A stretch of 48,347 nucleotides of DNA, counting the filler, from Dimargaris cristalligena (lineage: Eukaryota): assembly GCA_003614675.1 (NCBI GenBank). It is 2 parts of 2 records of this genome, joined end to end, with 100 filler letters (N's around TTAATTAATTAA, not from the genome) between each part and the next. Parts side by side here need not be neighbours in the genome. Positions count along the whole stretch, not along the records: positions 24,229 to 48,347 come from ML002595.1; 1 more part is not named here. The stretch is one strand, 5' to 3'. Position numbers and translations under genes: made by a program. Shown here piece after piece: positions 45,479 to 48,347 of this stretch. The first letter of the stretch is position 1, and each line of letters starts with the position of its first letter. The notes under the pieces are model-generated. The model saw only the letters and a list, made by a program, of their open reading frames with translations. It had not been told where the DNA came from and did no database searches.

Positions 45479-47290
45479 GGTGGATATAGTCGGAGGGTTC
45501 GGGAGGAGAGAGAAAGAGGAGAGGAGTGTATGTATATATATACCGAAAAGTAATTAAATTGATCGAGCAACCGTTAAGTAAAGCCAAGGACAATCGCAGA
45601 TTGCGTGGCGTCGAAATTATAAACCGAAATTATTGGCGGGGCTAGTCAAAATCCAAAGGGGGGTTTTTCTCAGTACCTGCTAATCAGTAGAATAGAACAG
45701 AGAAAAAAAGCAGATGAATTGCACAATTAGCAGATAGGTGAGAAGTAGGAGAGATGGGGGGTCCGATGGATGAATGAGACTAGTAGAGTGATGGTGATTA
45801 AAGGACGCCCGACGGCAGTCCTTAAATACTTTCAGGCCCCGGTAATTTGTTCCTTCACAATATTTTTTTAATAAAAGGGAGGGGGGGAGCAATGTGAGTC
45901 GGCGAAGGAGCGGCTGGGATATCAGTTGGGAATGCTCTTTCCGAGACCCATGCACCCGATCTGAGCTGTAGATCATTGGTGTATTATCCGACTTTCCGCT
46001 CGCCAAATCAGCGCTAGCTACTCATAATGATTCTCTAGTCGTTGCCGTAGATTAAACGAGGGAATAAGAGGAAAAGTATGAAGAAGAGTGAATTAGAAGA
46101 CCCCTGCTACAGGGACCCGCATCCCAGTCGGCCATTGATGCCCTGTCTGTGACCCTAGGGATTTTCGGCTGGACTAAGGGTGTCGGTCAACTGTGCTTGC
46201 CCCGATCCTCGAAGTAGGCTCGGGCAACCTTGCGGATCTCGTGACTCGTACAAGAAAATTGACTAGTCAACGGCCCATTCAGCCCATTCAGCCCATCCGC
46301 TCAATTCCTCTAATTTCCCTCTCCCCCCTGCTCTATTCACAATTGTTTCTACGTAAGGGGAAGAGGGAAGAGTTTCACAACATATTCCCATTAAAATGAC
46401 AAAAATAAGTATAGCCTACTCTCCAGTTCCTCCCGGCTTTTTGCCTTATGCTTTTTACTCCGTTTCTGGCCCGCCTTCCGCTTGGAATCAGCGAGGACCC
46501 GCCCCTCCCTGACCAAATCGGGCACTTACATGGATATCCCAACCCCTGTCTTATAATAAAATGTCCGCGAAGCAAAGCGCCCGGGAAATGAAATAGTCCT
46601 CCCTTGCTCCATTTTCTTATCATCCACCCCTGCTATTATTGCCCAATTCACACTATAGTTCCCCCTTTTACTTATTCCCCATCCTTTCGTGGCCACAATT
46701 ACGCATTGCCTACGCAGTGACCCCGAGTCTGACAGAGTTCAATGCGCACCCAATTTTTGCGGCAATTACCACCCAATACCACGGGTGTATTGGGGTTCGA
46801 GAGGAGCCGTGGGCTTAAATTCCAATGGTTTCATACGCCTTGATTTGGATATAACCGTAAGCTCTCTCGAAGTGTACTATGCCGAGATGGATAAACTCAA
46901 TTTCACTAGTATTGATACAATGAGGAAATAACTGTAGGGAGATGATTAAGCTCACTGCGGTGATATGAATTATGTATGGTTTGGCCAATAGAGGAATACT
47001 TCATATCAATCGGCACTGAATCTGTCAAAAAATAAACCCCGGGTGAAGGTACAGTTCAAACCATTGGGGGAGAATAGCCTAGCCTCAGCTTAGTCTTTTG
47101 AGCTCTAAACATGTAAATATGGGCGTAACAGGGCAACATTGAAGATATTGGAGTCAGTATTAACTCACATTGCCGTGTAGGTATATTACAAGCAATACTA
47201 TAAGCATCTAGGGCAACTAGAAACATGTCTTGTAGAGGGAGGCTTAGAGCTTCGCACCTGTAATAAGGCATGGCCCATGTGTGGAAATCG

Positions 47291-48347
47291 ACTAGAGTCA
47301 TTAGATAGGAGATATTCAGCTAATTTCTCAGTGGAATATTTAAATAGGGTAAATATATAAATAAAAGGGGTACATTAGTACTATAGTACTGTACTATACC
47401 TGCTTACTATCAGAACCCCATACCAGAAGGTGACTTAGAATTGCATATATCCCTGTTGGACCATCTAATCTACCTTAATCTAGCTGGCTTAGATGTCTGA
47501 CTATACATTCATAGTCCAGGGTTTAGTACTGACCACCAGATAGTACTACACCTTTATTAATTAGTACCATGCCCTGTACCTGATGCTAGTAGCCTATCCT
47601 CAGGACTCTTAACAGACTAAGAGTGATAAACCCTGGTGATCAACCTTACTTATATTAAGGTAATACCCCTTTTATCTCCCATACATCAGTCAGTGTAATC
47701 TAAGGGATTATGGGTAGTAGGTACTATGGTTAATCATATTATCTGTACTGAAGTTGGTGTAACCCTCATTACAGTTAGCTATATAAATCTATCATAAGGA
47801 GAGGTTGCAATAGGTTTTGTGAAAGAGTTGGAGTAGCTGATCAAATATATAGTCAAGGGTTCAGAAATAAATGTAAAACTGGGCTGATCAAGAACTTATT
47901 ACTATTTACATAGAGAGTATGCCTAACTGGTTAAAGTGTCAAGGTCTAGGATTATAAAAACAGTAGTGATATAGAAACAACACTACCCTGTCATATTACT
48001 CATAGCATGCAAAGCTGGCCTGGTGTTATATACCTGAGAATATCCAAAAGTTGTAAGAATAAATAGCTATGTTATCATTGGATAATGTGATGGATTGTGT
48101 ATCCTTCAGCCAGGTGGTATTTCTATCTCAATTACAACTTCATGGATCCCTGTTATATTTACACTGTTGCTGACATTTGGGCGAAGATAATGCTTTTACC
48201 ACCTGGCAGGTACCTACTTCCCATTTTTGGACAATGTGATTTGTATAGTTTCATTAACTAGCCATTCCATATTATCAAGGCTTCTTGTATTTTGGCTTGC
48301 GAAGAACTATTCCCACATACTTTCCGGATTACAGAAGTCATCTATCC
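47291..48347 (-). pseudogene. Decayed, CpG-depleted coding relic (probable transposon or foreign-gene remnant), running off the window end
   Basis: No CG dinucleotide between 47291 and 48181. One minus-strand frame reads protein-like (IDDFCNPESMWE*FF...IHEVVIEIEIPPG*RIHNPSHYP...) with scattered stops; family not recognised. Confidence 0.45.

Noticed and set aside
44174..45557. Several long overlapping ORFs (44174-44638, 44293-44775, 44325-44822, 44885-45445)
   Set aside because: Shadow frames of the GC3-rich, repetitive LPMO gene.
46273..46297. GCCCATTCA x ~2.7 short tandem repeat
   Set aside because: Trivial minisatellite with no spacers; not CRISPR-like.

Overview
Eukaryotic, gene-dense genomic DNA from a fungus (GT-AG introns with CTAAC-type branch points, standard genetic code). 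Gene content (mS34, RPP40, PAM2-type eRF3, AA11, Arb1) suggests an early-diverging lineage such as Zoopagomycota; this is inference only. I reconstruct 15 protein-coding genes: COX11, TRS20/sedlin, mS34, a small secreted prepropeptide, an ABBA/KEN-motif disordered protein, Arb1, ATG2, SDH6/SDHAF1, SF3B2/CUS1, HIS6, a small orphan, PRO3, RPP40, a PPR protein and SUP35, plus an AA11-type LPMO (16 in total). Several are multi-exon and are missed or mis-delimited by the ORF track. Non-coding highlights: (1) a ~144-bp MITE-like element in two inverted copies, one spanning an artificial 100-nt scaffold gap; (2) an ~890-bp completely CpG-free decayed reading frame at the right end; (3) a bZIP-like motif cluster upstream of PRO3. 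No rRNA, tRNA or CRISPR array was recognised. No multi-gene novel system is evident; the best leads are individual elements.
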